Assembly (NCBI GenBank): GCA_013265495.1 | Contig: MU057944.1 | Location: forward strand, 1 to 64,000 | DNA length: 64,000 bases | From: Vicugna vicugna | Lineage: Eukaryota | Reading direction: 5' to 3' | The notes under the pieces: generated by a model | The model's input: the letters and a program-made list of their open reading frames with translations, nothing else | What the model was told of the DNA's origin: nothing | Databases searched by the model: none | Part shown: in pieces, positions 46,840 through 58,510 of the stretch | Numbering within the stretch: position 1 is the stretch's first letter | How the letters are laid out: each line of letters opens with the position of its first letter | Program-made: the position numbers and the translations under genes

Positions 46840-47150
46840 CAGCCTGGAGGGCCCACTCCAGTGCCCCCGGAAGCCTGGCGGGTGATGGAGATGTGTGAAG
46901 TTGGTTGGGGGCAACGAATCAAAAGAGAGAGCGTGCCCCATCCAAAACAAGACGTTTGCACTCAGCTCCAGCTGGCTGCAGGCCTGTGGGACTGCAGACC
47001 CAGTGCAGCCAGTTTGCTTCTTCAAGAGAAGCTGGAGAGTCTGGATCCACGAAATCTCCCAATTTTCTAGCCACTGGCAGTTAATTAAATGAGTTGAACC
47101 AAGTGCCACCATGCAGGGTTGAATTTGGCCCACGTGTACCCACCTCTTAC
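46840..47150. mobile_element. MER102-like hAT-Charlie element
   Basis: gagagcgtgcccc..actcagctccagc..cccagtg..gccag..ttcaagagaagctgga..gaaatctccca..tttggcccac. Confidence 0.75.
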
Positions 47151-47580
47151 AGAATTCTTCACAACTAGTTGACTTTCCATAAAAGCTTTTGCGTTAATGA
47201 ATGAATAGGCAAAAAGTACATCTGAAGGCCCAGCCCTTGAGACGTGTTTCTGTTGCTGTTAGCAGTGCAGTGAGGCCGCCACGTCATCACCAGCAGCAGG
47301 AGGAAGAGCAGCCCCAGCTGGGCCCTGTTATCAACAGTCTTTGATCCTGATAAATGTGGCTCACAAGTGGCACTTGGGTTTTGCTTAGACTGGAATCATC
47401 AGTGTCACCTCCACCTGAATTGTAGAACCATGTGGTTGATGTCAGGAGGTTTGGAAAGTTCCTCTGAGTGTGGAAACTGTATCTTGGTCAGATGGTTCCC
47501 CTTCCAGGCCCCTCACAGAATGTCTTACCAATGGGAGGGTCTTAGTGTTTCGGTGAATGAGTGAAGTCAAAGCTGGTCCT

Positions 47581-48380
47581 TCATTTGTTCATTCGTTCAG
47601 CGAATATGGATTGACCATCGCTGTGTGCTGGCAACGGCGTTCCAGGGGTAAACGAGAGACTTGCTCAATGCTAACAGCCTGGTCAGATAAGTTGATGTAG
47701 AAGTAACTGGGAGTGTGCAGGTTTAGGACAGGGCTGTAGGATCACAAGGGTCGAGGTGTGTGTAACTCAGCTCAGTGGTCAGAAGAGGTCCCTCTGAGGA
47801 GGTGCTGTGTAACTGAGAGCTGGAGGTTGAACAGGGATATGCTCAAGTGAACTGTGGCAGCAGGAGGCAGAGGGAGCAGAGTGTGCAAAGGTCCTGAGGC
47901 AGAGGGAGCCAGGAGCACAGAGAGAACTAGAGGGTGCCTGGAGCAGAGATGCTCTGGGGAGAAGCGGGATGGGAAAAGGTGGAGAGATGGCCCAGGCCAG
48001 ATCATGCAGGAAGCCATAGTGAGAGTTTGGACTTCAGCTTAAGAGTAAGAGAAAGCCACAGAAGGGCTTAAATAGGAAGGGACATGATGGTTTGCATCCT
48101 AAAAGATCTTTCCAGCTAAAGTGTGGGGAACTGATGAGACAAGGTCAAGAATGAATGTATGAACTGTGATGAGAGTGAATGTGTATCTTCTGGACAAGGG
48201 GTAGGGTGCTAACTAAGACTAGGATATGGCGACGGGTAGGGATCATGCCAGGGACACCTGAAATATTTAACAGGTAGGATCAACATGACTTGGTTGTTGA
48301 TTGGCTCTAGGGGATGAGGGTGACTGCCTTGAGAAACTGTAAGGAGGTGGTACCGTTTGCTGAGATTGGGAGCATTGGTG
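47581..48380 (-). mobile_element. L2, about 800 bp 3' portion
   Basis: tcattcgttcagcgaatat...gtgcaaaggtcctgaggc...ggccagatcatgcagg..gagtttggactt..aaaagatc..aggtaggatcaacatgacttgg. Confidence 0.9.
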
Positions 48381-48391
48381 AGCCCTGAGTA

Positions 48392-48462
48392 GCCCTCACT
48401 TAGACTACAGTGTCAATGTCTTCCCGCGGCCCTCACTTAGACCACAGTGTCAGTGTCTTCCC
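48392..48462. repeat. Tandem duplication, 37-bp period
   Basis: gccctcacttagac(t/c)acagtgtca(a/g)tgtcttccc at 48392-48425 and 48429-48462. Confidence 0.95.
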
Positions 48463-49137
48463 TGGAACTATGCCGCACAGCAGCCCTGGGAGGAAGGGTT
48501 AAGAGGAAGGGACTGATTTCGTTTGGAATTTAGCAAAGAAACTAGCAAAACATCTCCAAAGCCCCGGTTGTAATTTCCCATTATCATCAGACCATAAGTG
48601 GTCAGAGTCAGGAAATTGAATTTTCAAAGTAGTTAGACCTTAAAAAGAACCAGGCCCTCAATGTTTCTGAGAAAGAAACATGCATTTTCAATCTTTCAGG
48701 AACTACTAACTGGAAACCATCCTCCTGCCCTTCCCCAAATAGAAGCAGGATCATCTTTGAGACTAGAACATTCTGAGGAACTGGGAAAAGTTGAGCAAGG
48801 AGCCCAGTCAGATGTTTTAAGACACATACCTGCTCAGTGTTCAAAGAAGCCCGTAATGACCGGCAGTCCCTGGATCCTGGGCACGGACCCACGGGACCTG
48901 TCCTCACTGTGGAAAGTGGGTGCAGGCTGAGCCCACATCCTGCCATATGTATACAGTATGACCTGCTGTGATGGCTGCCATATGAACCACAATATGCCAG
49001 TGCAGAGAAAGAAGGCCCCGAGGAAGACAGACTTTTTTTTAAAGGCCTAATAAAAGGACAGAAATACTGCCCCAGACTCCTTAAAAGAAAGTTCTGAGGA
49101 CAGGTGAGACCAAGGAAATAAAATCATTCTGGTCTTG

Positions 49138-49587
49138 CCATGATGCCATTTGCAGCAACATGGATGGACCTAGAGATGATCGTATTAAATGGAGTAAGTC
49201 AGACGGAGAAAGGTGAATATCACGTGATTTCACTTACATGTGGAATCTAAAAAAGAAAATGGTACAAGCGAACTCATTTACAAACTGGAAATAGATGCAC
49301 AGACTTAGAAAACAAACTGTGGTTACCAAAGGGAAAAGCATTGGGGAGGAAGGATAAATTAGGAGTTTGGGATTAAGAGATACACACAATTGTATATAAA
49401 ATAGATAAACAACAAGAACCTCCTGTAGAGCACAGGGAACTCTATTCAATATCTTGTAATCACCTATAATGGAGAAGAATCTGAAAAAGAATATGTACGC
49501 ATATGTGTAACCGAATCACTTTGCTGTACACCTGAAATTGACACCACCTTCTGCATCAACTATACTGCAATCAAAGTCAATTTTTAA
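49138..49587 (+). mobile_element. Young 5'-truncated L1 (ORF2 C-terminus plus 3' UTR) with perfect 18-bp TSD
   Basis: 49140-49250 translates MMPFAATWMDLEMIVLNGVSQTEKGEYHVISLTCGI*, the L1 ORF2 end; aaaatcattctggtcttg at 49120-49137 and 49588-49605. Confidence 0.95.
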
Positions 49588-49939
49588 AAAATCATTCTGG
49601 TCTTGAAAACAAAGGTGCCACAAAAGCAGACAGTGTCTCTGAGATGCTGAGGAGGAAGGGAGGGAAGGAATAGTTAATCTGGAGAAGGAAGCAAGACCGC
49701 GGTCTGGTCCTGATGGTCTGTGTCAGTCTCTCTCGGGGCCTTTGATGGTTTTCTGTCGCCTCCTGCATTTGGCATTTTTCTCAATGAGGGAGTCCCTTTT
49801 GGTTGGGGAACAAGTCTAGGGCGGTAACTTACCAGAAGTTCCCCCAGATGTAAGGCAAGGTGCTGAGGGCAGAGCCCCCGCCGTGCCCTGGGCAGTAAAC
49901 AGCATCCCGCCCACCCTGGGGTTCCACTTCCCGGCCGCT

Positions 49940-50073
49940 CAGATGGCTCGAATCAAAAAGACAGACTGACCAGTGTGGTTGAGGATGTGGAGAAGCTGGT
50001 TATGGGTTTGGAGTACACTGCCTACGGGGGTGGAAAATGCTGCAGCTCTTTTGGAAGACAGTCTGGCAGTTCC
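49940..50073 (+). mobile_element. L1 ORF2 3' fragment
   Basis: aatcaaaaagacagac..gaggatgtggagaa..ttggaagacagtctggcagttcc. Confidence 0.8.
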
Positions 50074-50152
50074 AAATAAGGTCACATCCACAATAACCTG
50101 GGGTTAGGACTTCAGCACATCTTTTGGGGGGACACAGTTCAACCCCCCACCA
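50070..50152 (-). mobile_element. MLT1B/C LTR 5' end fragment
   Basis: ttccaaataaggtcacat..ggggttaggacttcagcacatcttttggggggacacagttcaaccc. Confidence 0.85.
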
Positions 50153-50299
50153 TGGGAGTGACAAATAATAAATATACCATCCAACCAACAAACAAGACAC
50201 TCTCATCGGTGCTGTAGAGGGATGCAAGTTTCTGTGACGGGAAGTGACAAAAGGACAAGAGAGGCCCATCCCAGCTTCGTCACTGGTGGGCAGGCTGGC

Positions 50300-50400
50300 C
50301 TGGCCTCCCTGAGCCTCAGTGTCCTCATCTGGGAAAGTAAAAGAATGACATTGACTTCGCAGGGTCACAGGGGGATGGAGACGGGGGTAAGGTCCTGTCG
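50300..50400 (+). mobile_element. MIR fragment
   Basis: cctccctgagcctcagtgtcctcatctg. Confidence 0.65.
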
Positions 50401-51049
50401 GCCACCCGTTCCTGCTGGTCACTGGAGCTGGCACTTCTGTGCAGCCAGTCTGCCATTCAGCCTCGCAGAGCTGCTCAGGGGCCCCGCTGGCTGTGAGGGT
50501 CCGCGGCTGCTGCCTCTAGCAAATGCAGCCTTCCCTGAGAGCTGCAGCCAGCCCAGCCCAGGCCCGTCTCCTCCCCTCCAAAGAAAACAGCATCTTTCCG
50601 GCCTGATGTTACGGAGGAAAGCTTGACGGGAACAGGACGGGAAGGAGATGTCAACGTGCATCATTAAAAAGTGGTTCTGAGCTCCAAAGGCCCTCTGAGC
50701 CTCACTCCTCTTCTCTGTGAAATGGATTGTGATCCCTCGGAGCCCCTGGGGGAGTGTTGTTCTGTGTGATCCCTCAGCCCTCTGCCAGCCGTCTGTCTTC
50801 AGCGGGTTGGAATGGAGCGAAGGACTAGTGATGAAGGCGGGGATGCCTCCTGCTCCTCAGGTGATGGCGAAGGCCCAGGCCCTAACTCACCATGTGTGGC
50901 CAGGCCCCGCTCCCCAGGATCTGCTGTCACTGCGCCTCTCAGCCCAGCCCAGCGCCCTGCATCAGGACCAGAGACCAGGCTCCGTGGAATGCCCTTCCTT
51001 CTCGTATGGTTTAACTTACTGGTTGCCATCCAGGATGTCCAACGGCTGC

Positions 51050-51270
51050 CGTTTACTGTGTGTCACGTGCCTGCTGATCTGCTAAGCACATCGCAGATAC
51101 TTCATTTAGTCTTCATAAGAAGTCCTTGAAGTTGACATTTATTTTCTTTATTCCTTTGATTTGATGAAGAAACTGAGGTTCTGGAAGGTGCCCCAGTCAC
51201 AGAGCTAATAAGAAAGAGCGCCAGGATTTGAACCCAGGTCTAGCTGACCCAGACTCCTTGGGTGTAAACC
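51050..51270 (-). mobile_element. MIR SINE
   Basis: gatgaagaaactgagg..gtcacagagctaataag..ccaggatttgaacccaggtc. Confidence 0.85.
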
Positions 51271-51284
51271 CCCCGGACCACACC

Positions 51285-51825
51285 TCCCCCTCCAGTGGCT
51301 CCTGTCGCTGCCAGGGCTGATGTCAAGCTGGATCCCGTGGCCCACGCAACTCCCAGCTGGTCTGGCCCCTTCGTCCCGCTCCGGCCTCATCACCCCCCAC
51401 TCTCCCTCTGTCCCTTCCCTCCTTCCAGGGCTTTCGTTCTGCCCCTCGCATGAGCCATGCGTGTTCCAAGACCCCTTGATCATACTTCCCTGTGGACTCT
51501 CTTCCCCCGGCCCTTCTCATCACTCTGCCCCCTCATCTGTCACTCAGGTCTCAGTTCAAATATCCCAGAGAGGCCTCCCCTGCACCCTGGCCAAAGCCGC
51601 CCCTTCCAGGCACTGCTGTCTCATGACCCTCTGTTATCTTCAGAGCACTTTTCCTGTCTGTCGGTTTATCTCCTTCTCTTCCTGCTCCTCACCCTCCGGC
51701 AAGCGAGCTCCTTAAGGCTGGATGTCTGTCTGTCTGTCTTTCTGTCTGTCTGTCCGTGTCGCACCTGCCAAGCCAGCCCACCCAGAATGGTGCCCAGCAG
51801 GTACTTGTTAACGCATCTCCTGCCT
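51285..51825 (+). mobile_element. L2 3' portion
   Basis: ctccagtggctcc..caggtctcagttcaaatatc..agagaggcctcccctg..agaatggtgcccagcaggtactt. Confidence 0.75.
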
Positions 51826-52104
51826 CTCTCCACACCACAGCCGAACTTCCAGGTTTGCTTAGAAACCTTGGATCAAGCTCCGTGGGAGGGACTACTTGAT
51901 TCCACCCAGTTACAAGCTGCTCACTTACCTTCCAGGCCATCTTGAGGCCAGAGACCTTGGGAAAAGGAAGTCTCTTAAATGTGCTTCCGGAGGCAGACGC
52001 TCAGTTCTAAAGCCACCTTTTCCCTTTGGTCACAACCCCACATCCCCACAAGGTCCTCAGATGACCCCCGAGGCACACACACATCAGAGGTGTTGGTTAC
52101 TCCA

Positions 52105-52643
52105 TCTTTCAGTTCTCTTTGCTGCAAAACCAACAACCCTAAAACTTAGTGGCTTAAAACAACAACCATTACTTGCTCGCGATTCTGTGGATCAGGGACG
52201 CAGTGAGGCTGGACTCGGCGGTTCTGCTCCACGTGGCGTCGGCAGGGGTCTCATGAGCTTGCATTCAGATGGCAGCAGGACTGAAATGCCCAAGGTGGCC
52301 TCACCCGTGTGTCTGACCCCTGGGTGGGGGCCCCTGGGAGCCTGAGACCTCTCTTTCACCACGTGCCCCTCTCTCCGTGACTGGCATGGGCTCCTCTGTC
52401 GTGGTGGTGAATCCCAGGAGGGAGTGTTCCAGTGGCAAAAGTGGACACTGCAGGTCTCTTAAGACCCAAACTGAGGAGTTATCCAGTGTCACTTCCCTGA
52501 AGTTCTATTGGCCAAAACGGGATGGGGACCACCCAGATCCACGGTCAGGGGAAATCGTCTCTACCTCTCAAGAGGGTCACATCACAAAAGAACATGTGGG
52601 ATGAAAAAAGATGACAGTCATCTTTGGAAACACAATCCTCCAC
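52105..52643 (-). mobile_element. MLT1H-like MaLR LTR
   Basis: ccctaaaacttagtggcttaaaacaacaacc..gattctgtgg..gcggttctgctccacgtgg..gtgtcacttcc..ttctattggccaaa..catctttggaaa. Confidence 0.88.
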
Positions 52644-52702
52644 GTCCAATTTCTAGATTAGCCTCTTTCAGACCACAGAATTTATCACTCATTTTGTGAG
52701 TC

Positions 52703-52721
52703 CTGCCACTAGGAGGCACTG
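52703..52721 (+). promoter_or_regulatory. Candidate CTCF site
   Basis: ctgCCACTAGGAGGCACtg fits the CTCF core; motif evidence only. Confidence 0.4.
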
Positions 52722-53369
52722 TGGGCTCCTCCGCCTTCCCTCTGAGGCTTTTCCTGGTGCCTTCAGGCTCCAGCCCCTGTCCTGGGAAGGCAGAACCAGA
52801 AGCTTCTATAGAGCACTCACTCCCAGGGGTTCCCGGGCCTTTGCACGTGCTCTTCTCTTGGGTAATAAACAAGCCTCTCCTCTAGCTGCAGGAAGCTCAT
52901 GAATATGTTTACCTCTGAATTTCAGAACCATAATGGATTGGCATGGGCTCCTGGCCTCGCAGAAATATTGAACAAACAAGATGTAGGTCTTCAGGGTGAC
53001 TGCGTTCTTTTTGATTTCCTGGGCTGATGACTATTGATTATCTGCTGTGCACTTGGTTAACTTCCTTTTGACAGGCTCTCTCCTTCCGAACAGTTCCTGG
53101 GAAGGGCTTGGTTTTGTTACTCTTTCCTGGGATTGAGGCACTACATATTCTAAACCACCCGAGCATTCAACGGAGAATTCATTCCACTTCCCCTTTTTTG
53201 GCAGCTGATTTACCAGTGACCCCTCCCAGAGGGAAGTGACAGGCAAGCGTCTTGCAGGAAGTTTACTCACTCATCCTTAAGAGACATGGCAAGGATGCTA
53301 GTGATGGAGTGTGAATCATCCCTCCTTTGCTGATGCTAATTGCAGGGTACCTGGGGTTAATGATAACTC

Positions 53370-53545
53370 TGCAGTAACAGGTAACATGTAGTTTGTGCCA
53401 GGCTCACTGCTAAGTGTTCGACAAGCTTGATCTCATTAATTCCTCCCAACAAACCCAAGAGGTAGTCCCTGATACCATCCCCAGGGTTGTAGATGTCCAA
53501 GGGGTGAGCTCTAGAATATGGGACGGCTTTGAGGCATCAGAGCCA
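53370..53545 (-). mobile_element. MIR SINE
   Basis: tgtgccaggc..tgctaagtg..atctcattaattcctcccaacaaaccc..gaggtag. Confidence 0.7.
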
Positions 53546-53559
53546 AATATGTTCTTTTG

Positions 53560-53895
53560 AGCCAAACGTGTTCCCTCTTTAGGGCTTTTGAACTTGATGT
53601 TGCCTCTGCCTTGAAGCACTGGCCTGATCTCTGCTCTTTGCACGGTTCCTCCATCTCATCCTTCAGGTCTCTGCTCAGATGTCACACCTTCAGAGAGACA
53701 TGGCCCTCCCCAGCCTCCCTCCCCGTACAACGCCCTGTTTTATGTTTTTCCTAACACATCTCTCTATACGGCAGATACCTCTCCTGTCTGGAGGCTTACA
53801 GCATTGCTCCTCCACTCTGGAATACATGAGGGGCTAGTTGGTGGGTTCATTCATTTCTTCATTAGCTCAAAATCTTATCTGTTGAAGGAACGGAT
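53560..53895 (+). mobile_element. L2 3' portion
   Basis: ctcatccttcaggtctctgctcagatgtcac..ttcagagag..tgttgaaggaacggatgaa. Confidence 0.75.
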
Positions 53896-53904
53896 GAACC
53901 CATG

Positions 53905-54090
53905 TCCTCCCACTCACTGCCTGCGTGACCTTGGCAAGTTGCTGAACTTGTCAGAGCCTCAGGTGTCCCCATCTGTCAAATGGGGATCATCATTAGAAAC
54001 CTGCCCCACAGGCTTGGTGTGAGAATGAAGCAAAATACAATAAATAAAATGTCTTAAGTCTTTCTTGGGACATAGGCATTTAGCAATTAA
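53905..54090 (+). mobile_element. MIR SINE
   Basis: ctgcgtgaccttggcaagttgctgaac..gagcctcaggtgtccccatctgtcaaatgggga. Confidence 0.85.
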
Positions 54091-54839
54091 AGCAGAGTGC
54101 TATTCCAGATGCTAATGCTACATGAGCAGAATGAGATGTCCAAACACAGAGGACGTAGCACAGCGCCGGGTACACTGTGAGCGCTGACAGGTGGCTGTCA
54201 TGCAAGAGTTTCCTTCTAGCCTTTTAGGGACAGTGACAGATGATCACCAGCCAGGAGTGGATTGAATCTTGAACTCTACTATTGACTGGGGTAGAAACAG
54301 ATAAACCTTTAAAGTTCAGAAGTAATCTTTATCTTGACTTAGAGAAGAAGAGAAAAGCTCAGAGGATTCGAGGTTCTGGAAAAGCAGAAGCTCTCCTGCA
54401 AGGCCTGCAGTGAAGGTAGAAGAGCCCAGAAGACTGGGCAGGGTGGGCTGAAGGCACCCGAGAGTAAATAATGTGCATTAAAAGGCATAAAACCTCAGTT
54501 TCAAGTGCTAAGAAATCATACCCTCATTTTAAAGACTTTCCCACTCCTAGATTTCAAAATGCATCATTGTGTTTTCTCAGCACAGGGTCAACTTCAGAAG
54601 AGAATGTTTACAGCTATCAACATCTGTGCCTAGGCAGCCTTTACAAGTGCAGGATCTGAATGCAAACCGAACAGCTATAAATTGGCCTAATTTATAACAG
54701 TGTATGAAGATGCTGGAAATTGGGGGGGGGGGTGCAAACAGGAGGTGGGCTCCTCAGTCTTCAGGTTGGATGGTAATGCCGAGGCTGTTCGTTCCCCCAG
54801 TAATCGTTTATACCCTTAAAACCCGTCAAGAGAGCCAGT

Positions 54840-54990
54840 GAGAATCTTTTTTGAGCCTCACTTTCCTCACCCGCAGAATAAGAATAAAACAGCCCCACTT
54901 GCCAGGGTCCTGAGAATTAACGAGAAAATAATGCATAAAAAATGCTTTGCACAGTCCCCAGAGGAGCTCAATAATGTAAGCTATTGTTAT
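54840..54990 (+). mobile_element. MIR SINE
   Basis: tgagcctcactttcctcac..gagaattaa..aataatgcataaaa..gagctcaataatgtaagctattgtt. Confidence 0.75.
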
Positions 54991-55069
54991 TTTTTTAATT
55001 AATGTGAATTCAATCCCCAGTAATAGAAATCTTCAATAATTGTTAGTTCACATGTGAGCAGAGTTCCTG

Positions 55070-55262
55070 GAGCCGGAGCCCTGCTGGTGTCTTCCCGCCC
55101 GGGGTTCTGTGTCTGGACAGGTCCCTTCACCTCCCCGAACCTCGGTGTCCTCATCTATAAAGGGGATTTAAGAATGAAACCAGCTACACAGACCTCTTGT
55201 ACAGAGTTGCAACTGTCTGGCACACACAAAGAACGCTCTATATGCATTTGCCATTGTTAGCA
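55070..55262 (+). mobile_element. MIR SINE
   Basis: ctggacaggtcccttcacctccccgaacctcggtgtcctcatctataaagggga. Confidence 0.75.
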
Positions 55263-56274
55263 TCAAAATGATTATTTCAATTGGAACCTGGAGTTGTTTA
55301 CAGTGCTGAGAATGAGACTTCCACCCTCTTTAGACAAATACATTTACCCAAGGTGAGCGGCTGCTTATTCATGGTTCTTAGCGGCCCATTGAGACACGGC
55401 TCCCCCGCAAACTTGGACCACAGTGAAAGTGTGTTCTTTCCTCCAAGTAATTGAAGAGGCTTATAAAAGCAATAATAAATGTACCTAGGTTTCTATGGGG
55501 GCAATTATCTAATTAGGTCTTTCCTTTAATCAGAGGAGTCCAAATTTAGGAACTCTGTGTGTTTCCTGATTAAGGGCATTTGCGGTTTCCCTGAGTTGCT
55601 GGAGGAACCCCAGGGTGGAGACATTTCCCCCCAACCTCGTCGCAAATGTGTTCATTACAGACGTCAGCAGAAGGCAGGGTAGCATCTTCAGAAGGGCCAG
55701 TTTTTCCTGACAGCCCTGATAACCCTCTTCCCTCTGGCAGTCCCAGCAGAGAGAGGCAACACCGACGACTCGATTCTCACTTCCCTTGACGGCGGCTTCT
55801 CAAAGGACTCAGGAAGGATGCCCACTGGAGCCAGCACGAAAAAGGAAAAATCGTTGCCCTTACGGTGCCTGGCCTTGAAATGCGCAGCGTAGCCCCAGCT
55901 CAGATGGGCTGTAACATGTCAGAATGTGACGAGGCTGATATTTGGAGTTTGGTATTGAACACAGCCCCTGCAAAATGCCATTTCCAGCACCTAACACCTG
56001 TCTGGGGAAAGATCAGAACATTTAGTTTTAATCTTAAAGGTCATGCAGGAATTCATCCTAATAATGGAGCCCCCAGCCAGGTGGAGGGGGAGGCCAGGGA
56101 AATCTCACCAGCAGGGGCTCCTTTGTCAGCCCAAGCCCCTGCAAAGAGGAAGAGCCCATGTGCAGAGAACTGATAAAGACCCACTGGTCTCTTCAAGGTG
56201 ACCTTGAGAATGTGGCTGGACCTCTTTCTGCCTAGAACATCCCTTCTGCAAAAACCAGACCCTAGGCCTGGATG

Positions 56275-56772
56275 CCTGCATTCATGCATTTATTAAACAA
56301 AAATTTATCTGCCTGCCAGGGTCCTGAGCTACACCCTGGAGATAAGACATGAAAGGCACATTCTTTGCCCTTGAGGCGAAAGCTGCCAAGCCAAGGAAAC
56401 AGACAAATGCTAAGAAATGACCCCACTGCTGTCGATCTGAATATAATAGGAAAACACCATGGCTTGCCTAAAGAAATCAAGGAAGGTTTCATGTAGGAGG
56501 TGGGCCTGAGCTGAGTCCTGGCTTAGGGGTAGGTGTTTTCTGGCAAGTAGGCATGGGGAGAAGTTCCTGGCAGAGAGAAAAGCCCAGAAGCATGAGAGCA
56601 TGGCCTGGTGGGGAGTGTAATAGGGCTGGGGGCGGGGGGGCATGAGGCTGAGTCTGGAACCAGGGGAGGGTGTGATACATTAGGATCTTAAGGACCAAAC
56701 TAAAGTTGGGTAGAGACCATGCCCAAAGGTGGGTCCTCACCTGTGGATACCAGGGGACCCCTCAGAAGGGCT
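56275..56772 (-). mobile_element. L2 3' portion
   Basis: gcattcatgcatttattaaacaa..aatcaaggaaggtttcatgtaggaggtgg..tgagctgagtc..ttcctggcagag. Confidence 0.8.
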
Positions 56773-57135
56773 TACCAGTCAGGGTTCAATTTGAGAAACA
56801 GAACTAGTAGGAGATATATGTTAAGAGATTTATCGAAAGGCAATACATTTATTGCAAGGCAAGTCTGAAATCTGAAGGGCAGGCTGGAATTCTTGAGTAT
56901 AGGGTGAAGCTATAGCCATAGCAGAATTTCCTCTTCATCAAGGAAGCCTTGGCTCTGCTCTTAAAGCCTTTCAACTGAACAAATCAGACCCACCCAGATT
57001 ATCTAAAATAATTTCCCTTACTTAAAGTCAACTGATTATGAACTGTCATCACGCCTAAAAAATAACCTTCACAGCAACACCTGGGTGAGTGTTTGATTGC
57101 ACAACTGGAGACGGGAGACTAGCCAAGTTGACTGA
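56773..57135 (-). mobile_element. MLT2 (ERVL) LTR
   Basis: agtcagggttc..agaaacagaactagtaggaga..gcctttcaactga..cccacccagattat..cttacttaaagtcaactgatt..ctagccaagttgac. Confidence 0.9.
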
Positions 57136-57334
57136 GCGTCACAGAAGGGCACCGGGGAGGCACACGCTCCCTGCAGCACCTCCTCCTCTCTCCCTGGATT
57201 AAGGGTGAGGCGCAACCAGCAGCACCCAGTCACTCAGGTGCCTGCTCCTGCACCAGAGAAAGTTGCAGATTAAAGAAGGGTGAGTCTGGGACGGGCGGGA
57301 AGACATGCAGGTGCTGTGCTGAGGGCAGTGCCTC

Positions 57335-57520
57335 CAGGTAGCTAATAGCACATGGTTCTCAAAGTCCAGTACATCTTGATTTCAAGCCTAGCTTGACTAC
57401 TTAACTCTTTTTTTAAAAAAATCTATAAAATGAGACAATACGTTAGAGGTATGTTAGGGGGTTAAGATGCAAACATTAGTCAAGCTTCTAGAGAGTGCTT
57501 AACAAGAGGTGATGGTCGTT
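57335..57520 (+). mobile_element. MIR fragment
   Basis: atctataaaatgagacaata..gttagggggttaagat. Confidence 0.5.
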
Positions 57521-57900
57521 AACTAATACTTATCTGGCTGCAATGAACCAGGGACCAATGCAAGCGAAATTAAGTAGAAGAGGAACACACGGGAGGAATA
57601 CTGGTATGTTTCATGGAGGCCAAGAAAAGCTGACAGCCAAGCCTCAGGAACACCGGGAAGCAGGGCAGCCTCCTAATGGGACTTTTCAACCCTCCCTTGA
57701 GAACTCTGTGTTTGACCAGACTCAGCACTCAGCAGGCACCAGGCTCAGAGCCTCTCAGTTTGAATTCTTGAGAGAAAGAACCCCATTGGACGGCTTGGGT
57801 CGGATGTTCAGCCAGGAGCCAATCAGCTATGGCTTAAGGGAGGTGTCACAGAGAACAAATATGGCTGCCGGGTCTTGCCCTGTGGATGCAGGGACCCCCG
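57520..57900 (-). mobile_element. Old MaLR LTR (MLT1L/N-like)
   Basis: tggctgcaatgaacc..gagagaaagaa..attgg..gcttgggtcggatg..ccaatcagctatggc..acaaatatggctgcc. Confidence 0.7.
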
Positions 57901-57999
57901 GAGGGTTCTTCTGGCATTGTAGACGGTTGCCACACCTCCCCGGTGACCCTCCTGCCTTGACCTTGACCAACACCTTCTCATCTTTTCTCCATCAGCCCT

Positions 58000-58200
58000 A
58001 CCGCAGACCTTATAGTCAATTCTGTCTCTACAGCCAAGGACAAATGATTTTACCTTCTCTAAGCCTCATTCTCCTCATCTCTAAAGTGAGGACGAAAATA
58101 ATACCTCTCTTACGGAAGTGTTGTGAAGATTTAATAACATACATTGAGCTCTTAGCTCTTAAAGGGGTTGTTATTGCTTTCTTTGTTGTTGTTATTTAAC
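58000..58200 (+). mobile_element. MIR SINE
   Basis: ggacaaatgattttaccttctctaagcctcattctcctcatct..gttgtgaagatttaa. Confidence 0.8.
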
Positions 58201-58264
58201 TGTTACTAGTGTAGTAGTGGCATTGCTTCTTGCTGCCTAGCTGAGCTTAGGAAAAAATAATAGT

Positions 58265-58510
58265 AGCACAGGGCACTGTGACGAGGCAGAAGACATAGGA
58301 TCTAAAGCCAGATGTATCTGGACTGAAGCCTCACCGTGTCTATGCAACATATTACCCAACATTTCTGAATTTATTTCTTCATTTGCAAAATGAGAGTAGT
58401 AATAATGACCTTGTAGGATCCATATCGGGATCAAAGAGCATCCCTAGGCAGGGTGTGCTTTGGGAAAAATGCCTAGTATATAGTAGGTGCTCAATAAAAG
58501 GGAATTTTTA
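58265..58510 (+). mobile_element. MIR SINE
   Basis: atttcttcatttgcaaaatgagagtagtaata..tgcctagtatatagtaggtgctcaataaa. Confidence 0.75.

Noticed and set aside
48392..48462. CRISPR-like direct repeats of about 34 bp
   Set aside because: Only two copies with a 3-nt gap, no spacers or cas genes, and a mammalian context.
49234..49449. 71-aa minus-strand ORF
   Set aside because: Antisense reading of an L1 3' UTR.
54676..54696. AT-rich hairpin tataaatt-ggcct-aatttata
   Set aside because: Low-complexity 8-bp arms are at chance level.
57543..58199. Longest ORF in the window (218 aa, ATG start)
   Set aside because: Runs through an antisense MLT1 LTR and a MIR with no domain-like content; most likely a chance ORF.
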